Assembly (NCBI RefSeq): GCF_001194135.2
Contig: NC_068997.1
Location: 29,627,322-29,691,321 of the forward strand
From: Octopus bimaculoides
Taxonomy: Eukaryota
DNA length: 64,000 nucleotides
Direction of reading: 5' to 3'
Positions 36,674 to 51,559 of this stretch are shown piece after piece. Within the stretch, counting starts at the first letter, position 1. Every line of letters begins with the position of its first letter. The notes under the pieces were generated by a model. That model did not search any database, was not told the DNA's origin, and saw only the letters and a program-made list of their open reading frames with translations. The position numbers and the translations under genes were made by a program.

Positions 36674-39600
36674 CGAAGTTAGAATGATGTTCTCTTTGAA
36701 GTACCGGATGATCGCAATACATGCCTACATGTCAGTTTCAGCAGAAATATTTTTATGTTTAATGTATTTAAAAGCGCAAAAGAAATTACAAGTATTGAGC
36801 GTAAAAAGAAAAATCATTAAATTTTATCTGCTCATTTAACATTGGTGCTTTTTATCCCCGTTTTATATTTCATACATGCTCTAATTAATGTGTGCATTTA
36901 ATATATATATATATATATATATCTGTGTATATATATATATCTGTGTATATATATATATATATATATCTGTGTATGTATGTATGTGTGTGTTTCTGCCGTT
37001 TTTCGTGGTAAGCAGCTTAAACTATTAGCGTGGTCACGTGTGTCATGTCTGCTGTAAAAGAACCTTTTAAAGATAAGATTCCTGGAGAGATTCTTACAAT
37101 CGGAATCGGTTGCCAGGACTGGTTTCCTCTCTTTTATAATACGTAATTAGAATTAAAGATATCTTCCGCTACTTTCCAATCGAATGTCATATTGTAATTC
37201 GATACGTCTTTACGAGGTGTAAATGTTAATAATGAGTAAAGGGTTTTAAGGAACAACCACATCTTACATAGACATTAGGGACTGGCTAGGATTTATAGGG
37301 GAAATAGTCACCGTCATGTTATTTTTTAAAGGCATTATGAATCTAACAAAGTGTTGGAATTATAGCAAGGAAAGGAAACCGGGTAACTAACTGTTCCTCG
37401 TCACTAAGAGCTTGCCAAAAAGAAAAGAAAAAAAATCCTGATGCTTATTGCTTAGATAGCCAAGTCTTTCGATCAGAAATGATCGAGAAAAATAGGAGCT
37501 GAAGACGTTCATGTTTTAAAAGATAAATGAAATGAAATTTTTCGTGTGTAGGATTCGAAACCTGACTTATGGATTCACTTTGTCACGAACTTAGTGCTTC
37601 ATCTCTGCGTTGGTCACTATAATGATAAAAATAATTAAAATAATACGAATTTAAAAAAATATTATTTTAATGTCGGCATGTGAGACTTGGAATTTGTAGG
37701 AGAGGAAAAAAATCGGAACTAGTGTTTCACATCGTAATAGCAATAATAATATAATGATTCAATTAGTTTTTTTTTTTTGCCTCTTTTGTCTATTATGGTA
37801 TATTCTGGTAACAAAGAAATCCTCCAGTTTTTGCTGTGAATTCGGTCAAGTTGGTGGGAAAGAACTAACTCCTCGTTTATATTAAACCTCAAATGACTAA
37901 ATTTAATGGTTCAGACAAACATTGACATCATTTAAATTGATGAAGAGTATTGAATTTGTTATTTTAATTGTTTTAAGTACAATCAGTGATTCGAAAACTA
38001 TGTACGACGTACTTTTTTTTTATTTTATTTTAAAAAGCTTGGATTCTATTAAAAATTAAGCGATGTATATTTTGTGTGTGTGAGAGGATAGATAGATACA
38101 ATCACACTTGCACATCTACATTTGTTCTTATTTCATTGTCATACATGTTTTGTCATTGATATTATTTTGTCGAATTGTCTGCCAATCCAAAGATGGCATT
38201 GAGCAAAGCATGAACGTCACATTTTCTTAATTTCTTCCAACATAAATTTGGGATCTGATTCCCATGTAAGATATTTGTAATTGTTGGTGAATCTGATTTC
38301 GAATCCTAAATTGGAACTTATTCACTTGTCGCTTAATGTTAAGATGTATGATTGCCACAACTTCCTATCCCCCGCCCCACAATTTTTGTAAATCGTCCAT
38401 AGGGGTTACTTGGTTTATAAGTTATGTCCATGTGATTAATATTTGACCTTGTGAAGTGAGATCTTATTAAAAATGGAAGCTTCTCACAGAAGTAGTGATC
38501 GCCGCCAACTCCATTCATCTGCGTATATTTTAGGCTGCACATTGTCCCTTTCCCTCTTCGCCGAAGTCTCCCCCCCCTTCATTCTGTATTGTTCATACTT
38601 AGGGGTCGGGGAATGTTGAATAAACGAAACGGTAGTGTCCCAGACGCTAGACATAAATTGACTGAGGGAAGGGAGAAAGATGCCCGGCCAGTAGCAGATT
38701 TTTCTCTTACCCTTTTCACACCAGACCCCTTTATATATATTAAAGATCGAGTTAATATATTCATTGTAGGAAATCGGTTCATTTAATTAGTGTATATTAA
38801 TATTTAGTGTCTGGATTTTCGACCGTTTCCTTCAAGTTCGACTCTTCCGTTTTTTCACTCTCTTTTCTCTTCTCTCTTTTCTTCTCACTTTATGATAGCT
38901 TCCGTTCTGACTTGCTGTCATTTCTTACTGATATAAAATCTCATTGTTAAAAAGTCTAACCGTTAGTTTTAAAATATTCGTTTCCTCCTTTTAAATTCCT
39001 ATTCCTTATTCGGTTTGTTATTAATGTCGTTATTGTTGCAATTGTTGAAAATATTAGCAAGTATTATCGACGCGTAAAAGATTGAAAAAAAAATTTTTTT
39101 TTCACAAATATGTGTGTTTGATGGATTATGAAATAAATCATTGAGAGAAACGGTATAGAATCACCATGTAAGCACTCCTGCCCCAATCTACCCAACATCC
39201 TAGTATTGTTTTACTGAGTCTAACTGATGATTTCATCTTAATACCCTCATCAACGTAAAAATGGCGGTGGCGGTAGCGAGGACAGAGTTATAATAATGAG
39301 AAGAGTAATAATCACAATAATCTATTTTTTTTCTTCTTAGAGACAAGCCTGATGTTGTAAGAAAAGGACTTGTAGTTTATAGAATCGATCTAATGTCTTA
39401 CCGGTACTTAAAACTCCAAATGAATGAATGCTCAAATCGACAAAAGTCGGCAAAATTTGAACAGCTGCAATTAACCAAACTAAATAGTCAAGTACAAGAT
39501 TGGATCTTTATTTTGTTAGTCATATCAAAAATAATAACGAGACCTAAGCACGAGGTCAGCAAATTTATGAATTATTTTATGGAGTAGTGTGGTCGATTTA

Positions 39601-40054
39601 ATCAACTCTAATATTTTAATGCTTACGAAAGGCAAATATAAAACTCCGGTGGGATTTGAACTCGGAACGTAAAGGGACGTAACTAAATACAGCGACGCAT
39701 TTCATCTTGGCTTTTTATAATATCTTGATGTTTTCTATTAAGATAATTTATGATAAGTTAGCAAAACGATTATTCTGAAATGTTCGCTTTCAGAAATCCC
39801 ATCATTTAGAAAACTGGGAAAGCACCCTCTTATTATTATTTCATACATATTCTTGATAGCTGTAAATTAAACTGTGCTTTACCCTTTGGAACAGATCACT
39901 ATGAATATAGATCCCTTAATTCCAAATTGTTACGTATTTTTTTTATAAATGTTCAATGAAACAATATTTCTTTATAATTTAAGCTGTCGTAGGTTTTAAC
40001 CCTACGCCAGGCTTTTTTTCGTTTCATGTTGATTCAGTGTGTTTGTCTCCTGTT

Positions 40055-40362
40055 CAGGCATGGCTGTGTGGTTTAGAAGTTCGCTTTGCAACCACGTGGT
40101 ACAGATTAAGTCCTACTGCGTGGCACCATGGGCAAAGTGTCGAGCCGACCAGTGTTTTGTGAGTGAATTTGATAGATGAAAACTGTGCGGAAGACTCGTA
40201 TGTGAGCGTGCGTCTTCGAATTTGTTCCTCTACCGCTTGACAACCGGTGTTGGTATGCTTACGTCCCTGTAACTTAGAGGTTCGGTCAAGAAGGGTCCCA
40301 TAGATTAAGTACCAGACTTAATGAGATCATGCCCCAGCATGGCCGCAGTCTGATTTCAAGCA
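40055..40362 (+). mobile_element. SINE family A copy
   Basis: Head, body and tail similar to other family A copies. Confidence 0.75.
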
Positions 40363-40900
40363 AGTGAAAAAAAAATAAGTAGATAAACGCTGGAATGTTT
40401 CAGATAAAATATGTTTTCTGATGAAGATGATAAAACTATATAATTCGAATAATTTTGTATTTATTTGAAGCATGGGTTTTTGGAAAAAAGAATCTACTTA
40501 ATATGTATCTCTGTGAGCAAGATTTACATGTAACATTTGTTTTATTTAAATATTTATTTGATCTTGGTCTTTATTCATGCTAGTTATCTGTTCTTGGTTA
40601 CACCATCTGTTCTGTAGTCAGTCTATTTATTGCCAAAACCAAATGTAGTTGTCATCAAATTTCACGAAGGAATGATATCTTGGTTTACTGAAACAAAGTT
40701 CTTAATTTTCAATATTAGGGGATATAAATTGAACGAGCACTATATTTCCTTGTCAATATGAAACATAAGAAAATATGTATAAATTTACATAATTTTCACT
40801 GATAAAATATATTTGTATTTATAGAAAAGATGTTACAGTAATTATGATACCTATTGCATCTCTTGTAACGTATAAGGCAAATATGCTTTTCATTTAATGT

Positions 40901-40984
<84 letters not shown>

Positions 40985-41759
40985 CGTTTGTATGTGTATA
41001 TGAGAGAGAGAGAGAGAGAGAAATAAAGAAATAAAAGCAGGAAGTCATTTAATGGTTTATGGTAAGTCACCGAAACTCGTACAAAAAAAAAAAAACAAGC
41101 TTACCCAGGAACAAACGTTAATAAGCATTAGTTTTGTAATATCTCATTAGAAATTATGTGCTTTTGCATGTAGGGGCTGTATTGCCTTTTTTTTTGTCTT
41201 ATTTATAATTTTAAAAGTTATCTTTAACTTGATATCATACTTCAATATTCCATTTTGATCTCTTTTCTTTCAAAGAACAGAAAAATTACTTATGGTCACT
41301 TTTTGTTAGATATGTGATTTGTATTTCTTTTGTAATATGAAACTAATTCACCAGGACTCAGTACTTTAGCCATTGGTTGAACATAAATTAATATACATAC
41401 AAACATATAGACATACCTTTCTTGATTTTATAAGCCATTTGCTTCTAATAATGCTGATTCATTATGGCAATGTTTTCTCATCATCACTGATGATTTTGGA
41501 AAAACTCCAAATGCATGAATATATAAGATCATTTGGACAGGGCAAAACTTTTCTCATTTCAACTTGGGCTCTTAACATTTTGGCTATTTGTGTGGTATTC
41601 GTTTTGCTTCTAGTTTACCTGTAGAATATTCTTTAATCATTATCTGTTATACTCATACAGAGTATTATTATTCCTAATCTCAAACAGCTGTTTTTCCATA
41701 TGTTAAGAGAACTGTTAAATTTTGAATTCATGTATTTTTCTGTGAGTAATTTCAGAGAG

Positions 41760-42340
41760 GAATTAATGAGCTCTGGTTTTCTGTGAAGGATTTTCTGAAG
41801 TCAGGGAATGGCGAGCAGCTGAAAAGTTGAATGTATCTGAATATTATTTTAAAATGTGGACAGGAATACTCCCAAGACAAATTAATTTTGAAGAAAGAAT
41901 TCAGTACTTTGTTTATTGGAGTGTGTGTGGCTGTGCAGCATCAGTGGTGATTCATTTTTCACATGAAATGTGAAAAGGTGAAATGGGATGGTTTTGAAGA
42001 ATATACTAAGAGATGTGATTCAGCAGTAGTTATCAGTAAAAATTTGCTCCAATATTTGATTCTGGTTGCAGTCCTTTATGCTATATGGTCATTTAGGCCA
42101 CATACTGAAGATTTATATCTTCTAAAACAAATATTAAGCAGTGAGGAATTTACAATCCTGTCGTTTCTGGTTCTCATTCAATGTGCTGTACTTTGGGCAA
42201 GTGTTTTTTATCTTAAGGAGTTCAATGAAATCAAAACCTTTGGTGAAATTTAGTAGTACATGGAAAATGTGCAGAAACTGCTCAGTAACTTCCATCAGGA
42301 GTCGCATTCTCCTTCATCATCAAAGATGCAGGAATGGATC
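41760..42340 (-). mobile_element. Decayed RTE-type LINE reverse transcriptase
   Basis: Minus frame LMEVTEQFLHIFHVLLNFTKGFDFIELLKI resembles the RT motif IxExxxE.....F(V/I)DFxKAFDSI. It shares codon register with the plus-strand ORF 41963-42253. Confidence 0.55.
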
Positions 42341-44214
42341 TGTGGGTAAGAAGTTCACCTTGTCATCTCTCAAAGTTTTCAAGTAGCTGCCAGATGGAGG
42401 CCTGTACAAATATTTGAAATAAGAGTTATCTATGTCTTAATGTCTCAGTGAGGTGTAGTTCCCACAATTAAATAACCACTGAATGGTACAATATAGATTC
42501 CATCTGGTGGTACAGTCCACTTAGCTCTAAATATGTACCATGTTGCAGTGCCATACATCAGTCTATATGTAAGTACCATCAAATTTGTGCAGTTCTCACA
42601 TATGTAAAAAGATACTATGTGGTGGTATTATAAATAGTGCCATTTGCACAGTACCCTGGCTGCCAAACAGGTGGATTGTGTTCAAGAAAGGCTTCAGTCT
42701 GCCAAGTCAGTGAGTTAAAACAGATGTTTGCTCTCCTGCTGCAGAGGTTTTGTCCTGGCATTTTATAAGTATATGGAAATATTTAAGGGTTTCAGCTGTG
42801 GCACTACACATGCACTGCATGTAGGCATAGCTGTGTGATGGAGAAATTTGCTTGCAACCACAAGGTTTTGGTTTCGTTCCCACTGTGCAGCACCTTAAGC
42901 AAGTATCTTTTATCTTCACAGTTCAACCCATAACCTTGTGAGAATTTGATGGATGGAACCTGTAAAAATTCCATCGTGTATAGGTGTGCATGTTTGTATC
43001 AACCTCTTGACATTAGCATACTGATTGTAAACAGTTGCCATTCTGACAAATGGGCCATTTGTTTGCAATATTTCTTGCAAATTTTGAAGTGTTCATTGTT
43101 TGAAGGAGTAGCGGAAATACTACCTTGCTTGAAAGCAAGTGAGAGCTGGCAATAGGGAAAACATCTGTAGGAAACCAGCCTCAACAAGTTTTGTCTGACA
43201 GGGCATCCAGCTGTAGAAACCCCATGCCAAAACAGACACTGGACTATGATGCAGTCCTTGACTCATTGGCTCTTTGTCAAATTGTCCAGCCCATACCAGC
43301 ATGGAACATGGATGTTAAATGATGTTAAAATGATGATAATATTGGTGGATAAGATAGCAGAATCAGTGGGGTGTCAGATAAAATATATTGTGGTTGCCTT
43401 TCTTTACATTCTGAGTTCAAATCATAAATTCTCTTTGATTTTTATGCTTGTGAAGAATATTAGTTTCCATGAGGCTAATGTGAATGTCCAGTTCTTTCAA
43501 AATGTCTTCCAATCTCACCAATAACAATACCAGATTTCCAAACAATATACTGTTGGAGGAGTTGAGATAAATTGAAAACATATGATATATAAATAAATAC
43601 AGAATAATAATAATAATAATCAAAAAGCTTAAATGGCATGGCTTTGTTGTAAGAAGTTTGCTTCCCAACCACAATGGTTCCAGGTTCAGTCCTGTTGCGT
43701 CTCTCCTTGGGCCAACCAAAGCCTTGTGGATTTGGTAGATGGAAGTTGAAAGAAGCTTGTATATACTTGTGTATGTTGTGTGCCCCCTCTCCCTCCCAAC
43801 TTGGCAGCTGGTGTTCGTATGTTTGTGTCCCTCTAACTTAGCAGTTCAATAATCAAATCAAACATCGAAAGAGTGCATTTCAATGAGTGTAACATGGCCG
43901 TATTGCATCCAGCTAGGCCTCATTGGAAATGTTAAATTTTGTGGGGAAAAGAAGATATTTTATGAATACCAGTGCAATATTGAAACTTGATAGAATTTAA
44001 ATTTATAATTGGAAAATACATTGAAAATGTTCACACATGGATATATGGTTAAGAGACTTGTTTTGCAGCCATGTGGTTTCGGGTTCAGTCCTGCTACACA
44101 GCACCTTGAGCAAGTATCTTTTACAAACACCCTGAGCCAACCAATGCCTTGAGAGTGAATTTGGTAGACAAGCTGTATTGAAACCTCTGTATGTATGTGT
44201 GTCTATATATATCA

Positions 44215-45382
44215 TCATCACCATCATTGTTTAACATCTGCTTTCCATGCTGGCATGGGTTGGACGGTTTGACTGAGGACTGGCAAGCCAGGAGGCTGCA
44301 CCAGGCTCCAATCTGATTTAGCAAGGTATCTACAGCTGGATACTCTTCCTAACGCCAACCACTCCAAGAGTGTAGTGGGTGCTTTTTACGTGCCAGTCAG
44401 GCGGCACTGGCATCAGCCACGACTACGATTTCACTCGGTTCAACAGTCTTCACAAGTATGACGATTGAAGAGTGGTTTCAAACGGGCCAGTTATGTGACA
44501 CTGGCATCAGTTACAAGTACGATCTCACTTGGCTTGCTGGGTCTTCCCGGGTCTTCTCAAGCACAGTATATCTCCAACGGTCTTGGTTGTCTGGTTGCCT
44601 CTGTGAGGCCCAATGTTTGAAGGTCATGCTTCACCACCACATCCCATATCTTGTTGGGTCTCCCTTTCACAGGTTCCCTCCACTGTTAGGGTCTGACACT
44701 TCACACAGCTGTCCTCATCCATACACAACACATGACCATACCAGCGCAGTGATCTCTCTTGCACACCACATTTGATGCTTTTAATGTCCAATTTTTCTCT
44801 CAGGGTGCTTACACTCTGATGTGTATGCACACTGATATTACATGTCTAGCAGAGTATACTAGCTTCATTTCTTTCAAGCCTATGTATGTCCTCAGCATGT
44901 TACAGCCCATGTTTCACTGCTGCATAGCATAGCTTTTCATTCACAGGCATCATACACTCTACCTCTCACTCTGAGGGAGAGGCCCTTTGTTACCAACAGA
45001 GGTAGAAGCTCTCTGAGCTTTGCCCTGGCTACTCTTATTCTAGCAGCTACGCTCTCAGAGCATCTGCCCACTGCTACTGACATGGTCATTTAGGTAACGG
45101 AAGCTATCAACTACTTCTAGTTTTTTCACCCCCTAGCATGTGACGGAATCTGTTTTCTGTACATCTTCGGTGTTTATTGCACCTGTGCAACTGCCACACA
45201 CAAAAACTATCTTCCTAGTTAAACTTCCTTTGATATTGCTGCACCTCTTATGTGTCCAAAGCTTGCACCAAGTACATGTTATGGAGTTTCTACCTACACC
45301 TTTTCAACAGATCGAGCAGGGCCAGCTACCTGAAGGGATTTGTGATTTGTCCACCTTCCCACTTACTAAGACTTTGGTCTTG
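44215..45382 (-). mobile_element. 5'-truncated RTE-X-like LINE (PHD-like insert, RT C-terminus, 3' UTR)
   Basis: KTKVLV, Cys-rich insert, LEVVDSFRYL, QERSLRWYGHV, then the family C tail. Confidence 0.85.
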
Positions 45383-45414
45383 TATGTGTGTATGTATATG
45401 TGTGTGTGTGTGTG

Positions 45415-45452
<38 letters not shown>

Positions 45453-45459
45453 TCTGCAG

Positions 45460-46130
45460 GCACCACCTCAATTAAAGTTATGATTTTCAGAAGCCAAATG
45501 AGACGGTGTGGCCATATTGTTTGAATGGCGGATGAATGCATGCCCAAACAGCTGTTTTATGGTGAGTTTGCAGAGGGGAAATGCTATCAGCGTAAACCTA
45601 AAAAAAGGCATAAGGACTACTATGAAGTCACTTGGAATGGATCCAGAGGACATAGAAACCCTTGCTTCAGACTGAGCTGGATGGTGAACAAAAGTGGAGT
45701 GGGGGTGAAAACGTTTGAAGAGGCCAGGATAAATGCATACAAGACTCGAGAGATTTAAGGAAGAATGTTACAATCAAGAAAGTGAATCGTAATGACCCTT
45801 TTGTGTGCACAGTTTATGACAGACCATACCATTCTTTTGCTGGGCTCAAGTCTCATTTGTGAACCCATGGAAAATGAACCTTCACCAACTATTCTGCCTA
45901 TATGTCTGTGCACACCTTTCAGTGCAATGTATGCCATAAGGTCTACAAATCTAATGGAGGCCTCAAAAGACATTTTAAGATCCACAAAAATCAGAACTTA
46001 TCTGCAGCTCTTGGTGGCCCAAATCGTTTCAGAACATTGTCGGGTTTAAAAAGCCACATCAGATGCCATGATGGTTCTAAGGTGTATGTACAGGAGGTGG
46101 TTAAACTCTGCATAAGGAGTAGACAACTAC
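45460..46130 (+). mobile_element. RTE/BovB-like LINE 3' fragment with C2H2 knuckle
   Basis: GHIVxMADECMPKQLFYGEF...PKKRHKD and FQCNVCHKVYKSNGGLKRHFKIH across frameshifts. Confidence 0.8.
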
Positions 46131-47991
46131 CACATATGTGTGTATATATTAATCATTGTCATTTTAATGTCCATTTTCCATACTTCTTTGGGCCAGACAG
46201 AATTTTTTGAAAGCCAGATGCCTTCCTGTTGCCAACCCTCACCAAATAAAGTAATATTTCCCTATGACATATTTTCGTGGAAGATAGGAAATAGCCAGCA
46301 CTTGTATGTGATGTGAAGGCAAGGAGATTTGTATACATACATATATGACTGGTTTCTTTCAGTTTTTGTCCACAAAATTCATTCACTAGGCTTTGGTCAG
46401 CTGGTGACTATAAATGATACTTGCCCAAGGTGCCACACAATGAGACTAAACCTGGAATCCTGTAGTTGTGAAGTGAACTTCTTAACGTGCAGCCGTCTCT
46501 CCAACAGACTTTAGTTTCTCTTTACCAAATTTCACTCCAGTGGATTTGGTTACTGGAAAACTTTGCCTGTGATAGGTTTCTACAGATTAGACCAACACTT
46601 TATTGCTGCTTGTACAGTGGTTTTTATTGTTTGATTTACGTAAAAGCACTCGCTACACTCTCAAAGTGGTTGGCATTAGGAAGGTCATCCAGCTGTAGAA
46701 ACTTTGCCAGATCAGATGGAACCTGGTGCAGCCTCTGGCTCACCAGTCCTCAATCAAACTGTCCAACCCATGCCAGCATGGAAAGTGGACGTTAAACGAT
46801 GACAACTTCCATTGCAGCATGTAACTTTAGTACGTTTAGCTATTCTTGATAGGGTTTCTAATTCCAATCAGTTTTCTAACATTGTATTCTGCCTTAGAGG
46901 AGTTTGTTCTTTTTTTCTGCATAGTAGATGACTGAGATGCTAAAAATCTAATTTGTTTATTTAGTAAATTAGATTTTCTTCCAGTAAGGTATTTAGAATC
47001 TAATATTACTTTTAAGCATTTCTGTAGATTTATTTTGTCAGCCACACCCTTGCAGGATGACAACTACAGTGAATTTAGATTTTTACACTGCTTCATACTT
47101 GAGTGGATGTAATCAGCTTTATGTAATACTGTAGCAAACAGTTTTTTTTTTAAAGAATATTATTCACATGGCATATTTCTGGTTTTCTCTTGAAATGCAA
47201 AATTTACTAAGAGTTTTGTGTAAATTATTTCAATAGTTTTTGGTACAGAGGTGTTTTAATATGTTTGTTGCACTAGTATATTAAAGAAAAAAATTTGGTT
47301 GATTTTCTTAGAGAAATCAACGTGGAATCATATATATGGGCGTCTTCTGTCATAGTCTTGACCAAGTCCACTTGAGTGAAATTTGTTGAACAGAAACTAG
47401 AAGCATGTTAGAGGGACTAGTACTGTTCTTTGATGGTGGGCTTAATCTGGTGCCTTATTTAGCATCACCTGGCCCATGGGTGTGTTTAGTGGTGTTTTCT
47501 TTTTTGCAAGCAGTTGATCAAGGTCTCTGATTTAAAGGTGACACAAGATCCCTGAAATATCATGGGTGTTGCCCTTCATCTTTGAATTATTTTTAAAAGA
47601 TTCATTGGAAAATTAATCCTCTAAATGAATCTCTAAAACTGGCTTTTGGGAAACTTTGGCACTCAGTGAATTTTGGCAATTCTTTTTTTCTTTATATGGT
47701 TTGGGTGGTATATAACCTTTCTTAATTCATTTTACCTCAGCCAATTCAGTTTTCTTGAGTTTCCTGCTTAATTCCTCAACGAAGCAAATGGTTGTGAATA
47801 AAAACTTCATATTCTTTTAAGTATTACTGAAATTTAATCATTGTCTTCCAATTTGGTTTTTTACTGGTTTGTTTTTCTCTTCACAAGAAGCTTGATTTAC
47901 GAGTCTTGAACTTGTCAATGTACATTGCCTTAATCTAAAATTCTCTATAGTATGGCAATAAAATGCATGACTTGGCATATTTATTCTTTTA

Positions 47992-48297
47992 TTTTTTTTT
48001 TACTTGTTTCAATCATTTGACTGCAGCCATGCTGAAGCACAACCTTTAGTACTTATTCCATTGGTCTCTTTTGAGGAACTGCTAAGTTACAGGGACGTAA
48101 ACACACCAACATTGGTTGTGAAGTGATGGTGGACACACACACGACAGGCTTCTTTCAGTTTCCACCTACCAAATCCACTCACAAGGTTTTGGTTGGCCTG
48201 AGGCTATAGTAGAAGACGCTTACCCAACGTGCCATACAGTGGGACTGAACCTGGAACCATGTGGTTGGATAAGCAAGCTTCTTACCACACAGCTGCT
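47992..48297 (-). mobile_element. SINE family A copy
   Basis: Near full-length similarity to 1423-1798. Confidence 0.82.
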
Positions 48298-51200
48298 CTT
48301 GGTTACTTTCTTTGGATATGTGACTAGACTTTTGATGACTTGTTCTAATTTTTTATGATATTCAGTTAAGCTTATTAGATTAAAATTTTACTTTGTATTT
48401 CTTTGTGACTAGTTTTATATTTTTATGAACCTTTTTTGGAATTTCATCATATAACCTGTATATTTGATGAAAAGAAATTCTCTGTATCATCAGTAATAGC
48501 AGATCATTAAATGTCTAGTTGAGGACTGATGAACCTTTTTGTATTTGAAGGCCGCATTAAAGACAAGTTTATCAAATATATAAAAAGAAAGTATTTCTGT
48601 ATACATTTTTGCAAATATAATTTTATTAAAGTAAGAATTGTTTCAGAAAGTCAAACACGAGGGCTTCTAAGACTAGATTTTCCTCTCCAGCTCTAGTAAT
48701 ATTATTGATCTATAAATCAAATGGCTTTTTTTCTGAATGTCAAGATATATCAATTGGTAACCTTAATTATTTTCATACTGGTTTTAGTGATAGGAATGTG
48801 GCCATACTAGGGTATTGTCTTCAAGGGTTTTAACAAATTATATTGTTTGTGCATATTTTAGTACCCAATTTATTGATCTTTGTCCTTTTTTAAAAGGTTG
48901 GGTTTACTTTGAGTTGTGTCTATTTTTAGGGAATTACCTCATTGCAGAGTAAATACCGCTAAGACTAAAATCAGAACCAAGCAGTTACAAAACTTTTTTA
49001 AGCACGCAACCATGCTTGTTGTTCAGTTTTAAAGCATTTAAATTTAGATTCAAGATTCTCGAAAATTTCTAAATTTTCTTGATTGATTCTGTTCTGCAAT
49101 GAGAATGCAATCATCTATATATTAAACCTACCAAAAGAGCTCTTGTTTTAATTTCACTGTAAGGGCTTTGTCATAAAATCATTTTTAGTCATGTTCTGCA
49201 AATATGGCCTGCAAACTCTTCCACCATTCTACAAAACCATTAGGATATGCAAATGTGAGGAGCCACGTTATTTTGGTAAAGAACATTTGTATTTCTAGAC
49301 AGGTATGCTAATACTCTAAAACAAGGAAAGTTACATTGAAATGGTTATTCTTTCAGATTGATATAGTTTTACTTTCTACACTATGATGCTTGTCACAGTA
49401 ATGGATTGGATAAGCTCAGTTAAAGTTGCTGAGTTTTGCTGATGGCTGTATTAACTTAGGCCAAGATAAATGTGTGTAATGTTCAGTGGCTAAATAGTGT
49501 CAATGTTGGCTCTCATTTCTGCAGATTTGGGAATCCATTGATTTATTACTTTCTCTGTGACAAATTGGTTTTCTGCTGAGTGAGGAACCATTGCAGAATA
49601 TTAAAAATCTAATTTGGAATAAACTGCTGACAAATTGTGTAAAAAGTAAAGATTTGCAAAATTTAAAAACTGGTTATAAAAACAAATGAAATGGAAAGAT
49701 GATAACCAAATGAGAAAATGCCAAAAGTTCAATGTTAATTGTCTGAAGTAGGTTAAAGGAGAGACCTGAATGCGTGTTATTGGTGAATTGTTAGTATAAC
49801 AGACCCAGATCTTTAACTTTGATCTCTGACATCATCCAAGAACAGGCTGAAATAATGAATTGTTATACACTCTGTCCAGCTCCAATGTAGTTGATAATTT
49901 GAACTTTGATTGAACAGGGACTGGGCTTTTGAGAGGTACTGGTGCAGTACTTGAAAATAAATGCTGTTCCTACTTTGTAATTTGATGTGTTAGAATTTGG
50001 AAAGAGAAGACTAAAAAATATTTCCCTCATTTCAAATGCAAATTTTTAAATTTACAAAATGGTCCAGCTCATTTTTTAAATACATTCTCTAAGGTATGTG
50101 TGATTAATGTTCAGATTCATTTGTAAGTGATGAGAGGGAGGAGTGGGAGAAAGGGGTTATTGTGTGTGCAGTCTCTGAGGAAGGCATACAGTTTTACAGT
50201 GGGAGTGATTGGAGGAGGAGGAGAAGCTGGTACAACAATTGGCTTTGCTGATACTTTTATTATAGAGCCTCTGTTTGCTGCATTAATTTTGACATATGTC
50301 ATCTTGTGCTGATATCATCTTCAGTTTGTATAACCTTGCTCTAAATCAGTTAGTAATTATTTTTTTAAATTTGCTAAATTCTTGCCTTCGTTACCTGTTC
50401 AAGTGGAATTTGTTCATATAATGCAGAATGTCATTCTGAGAATTATGCTGTAATTTTCTATATCAGTGATTTAAAGGAGGAAAAAACAATAGATTTAAAA
50501 TGTTATTACAAAGAAAAATAAATGTGACTACTTAATTATTTAAAAAAAAATCCCATGTAGGTGAATTTTGCTTTTCATCCTTTCAGGGTTGATACAGTAC
50601 CAGTTCAGCATAGTGGAATGTTGAAAGATACGCTGCAGCATCTGTTCCTCTTGTGTTCTGAGTTCCTATCTTAACCTTCTGTCACCCATAAGAATGGCCA
50701 TAGGCTTCAAAAGTCCTTAAGCAAGTGCTTAAGTGTATCAGCTGATCTCTCTCAATACTAATACATCAGCTAGTTACCCAACCAGTGATATATGCATCCA
50801 TGGGTATAGCTGTGTGGTTATGAGATTTACTTTGCAACCATGTGGCTCTGAGTTCAGTCCAACTGCGCAATATGTTGGGTATTTTCTACTAATATTGTCT
50901 GTCTGGTTAATACTTTGTGAGAAGAAACCCCCTTCTCTCTCTTTCTCTCTGAAACAAGCACACACACACACACACACACACACATGCTGTGTTAGTCTTC
51001 TGTGTAAAAGTTTGTGTGTTCTCAATGCAATGACAGTAAGGATGAGGGGAACTGTTTGGGAAACAGTTAAAGCTTAGTGATGATAGACAAGCATTCAACC
51101 AGAGCAAACCTATTTCAGTAAGTGTTTCTCCTCTAACATGTGCTAGTAATGAGAAAAGAATTGTAGAGCTGGATGAATGGGTACACGTGCATGCCAGCAC

Positions 51201-51346
51201 ACCTGTGCTTCCACACTCACAGCACTCTTTTACTATATTCATTTTGACTTGACATATATATACATGTAAGAAGACAGATGATGGGCTTCTTTCAATTTCT
51301 CTCTACCAAATCCAATCGCAAGGCCTAAGTCTACCCAGAGCTAGTA

Positions 51347-51559
51347 CAAGAGGGTTCTGAAAAGTTCCTGGATTTGGGTAAAAGAAAATACAGGAGGACC
51401 AGTTATGATTTTATTGAACATGTTTCCCTCTCAGGTTCACACACATATTGTAGTGGTCCTTCTATCTTTCTAAGCCCTGTAAAAGAACTTGGAAGGTTGG
51501 GCCTCTAACCAGGCCTTTCACGATACCCTTAAAGCCAGGAACTTTTAAGCACCCCTTCG
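51347..51559. mobile_element. Mariner-type MITE nested in a family A SINE
   Basis: TIR-like ends AGGGGTTCTGAAAAGTTCCTGG / CCAGGAACTTTTAAGCACCCCT, TA on both sides. SINE sequence on both flanks (about 51283-51650). Confidence 0.8.

Noticed and set aside
41762-42349. Plus-strand 96-aa hydrophobic ORF (41963-42253) ending in TAG-TAG, tempting as A-to-I stop recoding to Trp-Trp
   Set aside because: It is in exact codon register with a minus-strand RT remnant (LLNFTKGFDFI), so it is best explained as an antisense shadow frame. In-frame TGA stops also occur upstream.
50117-50312. Overlapping short ORFs (also 56319-56528)
   Set aside because: No recognisable homology and not CK2 alpha sequence. 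Lengths are within chance expectation.
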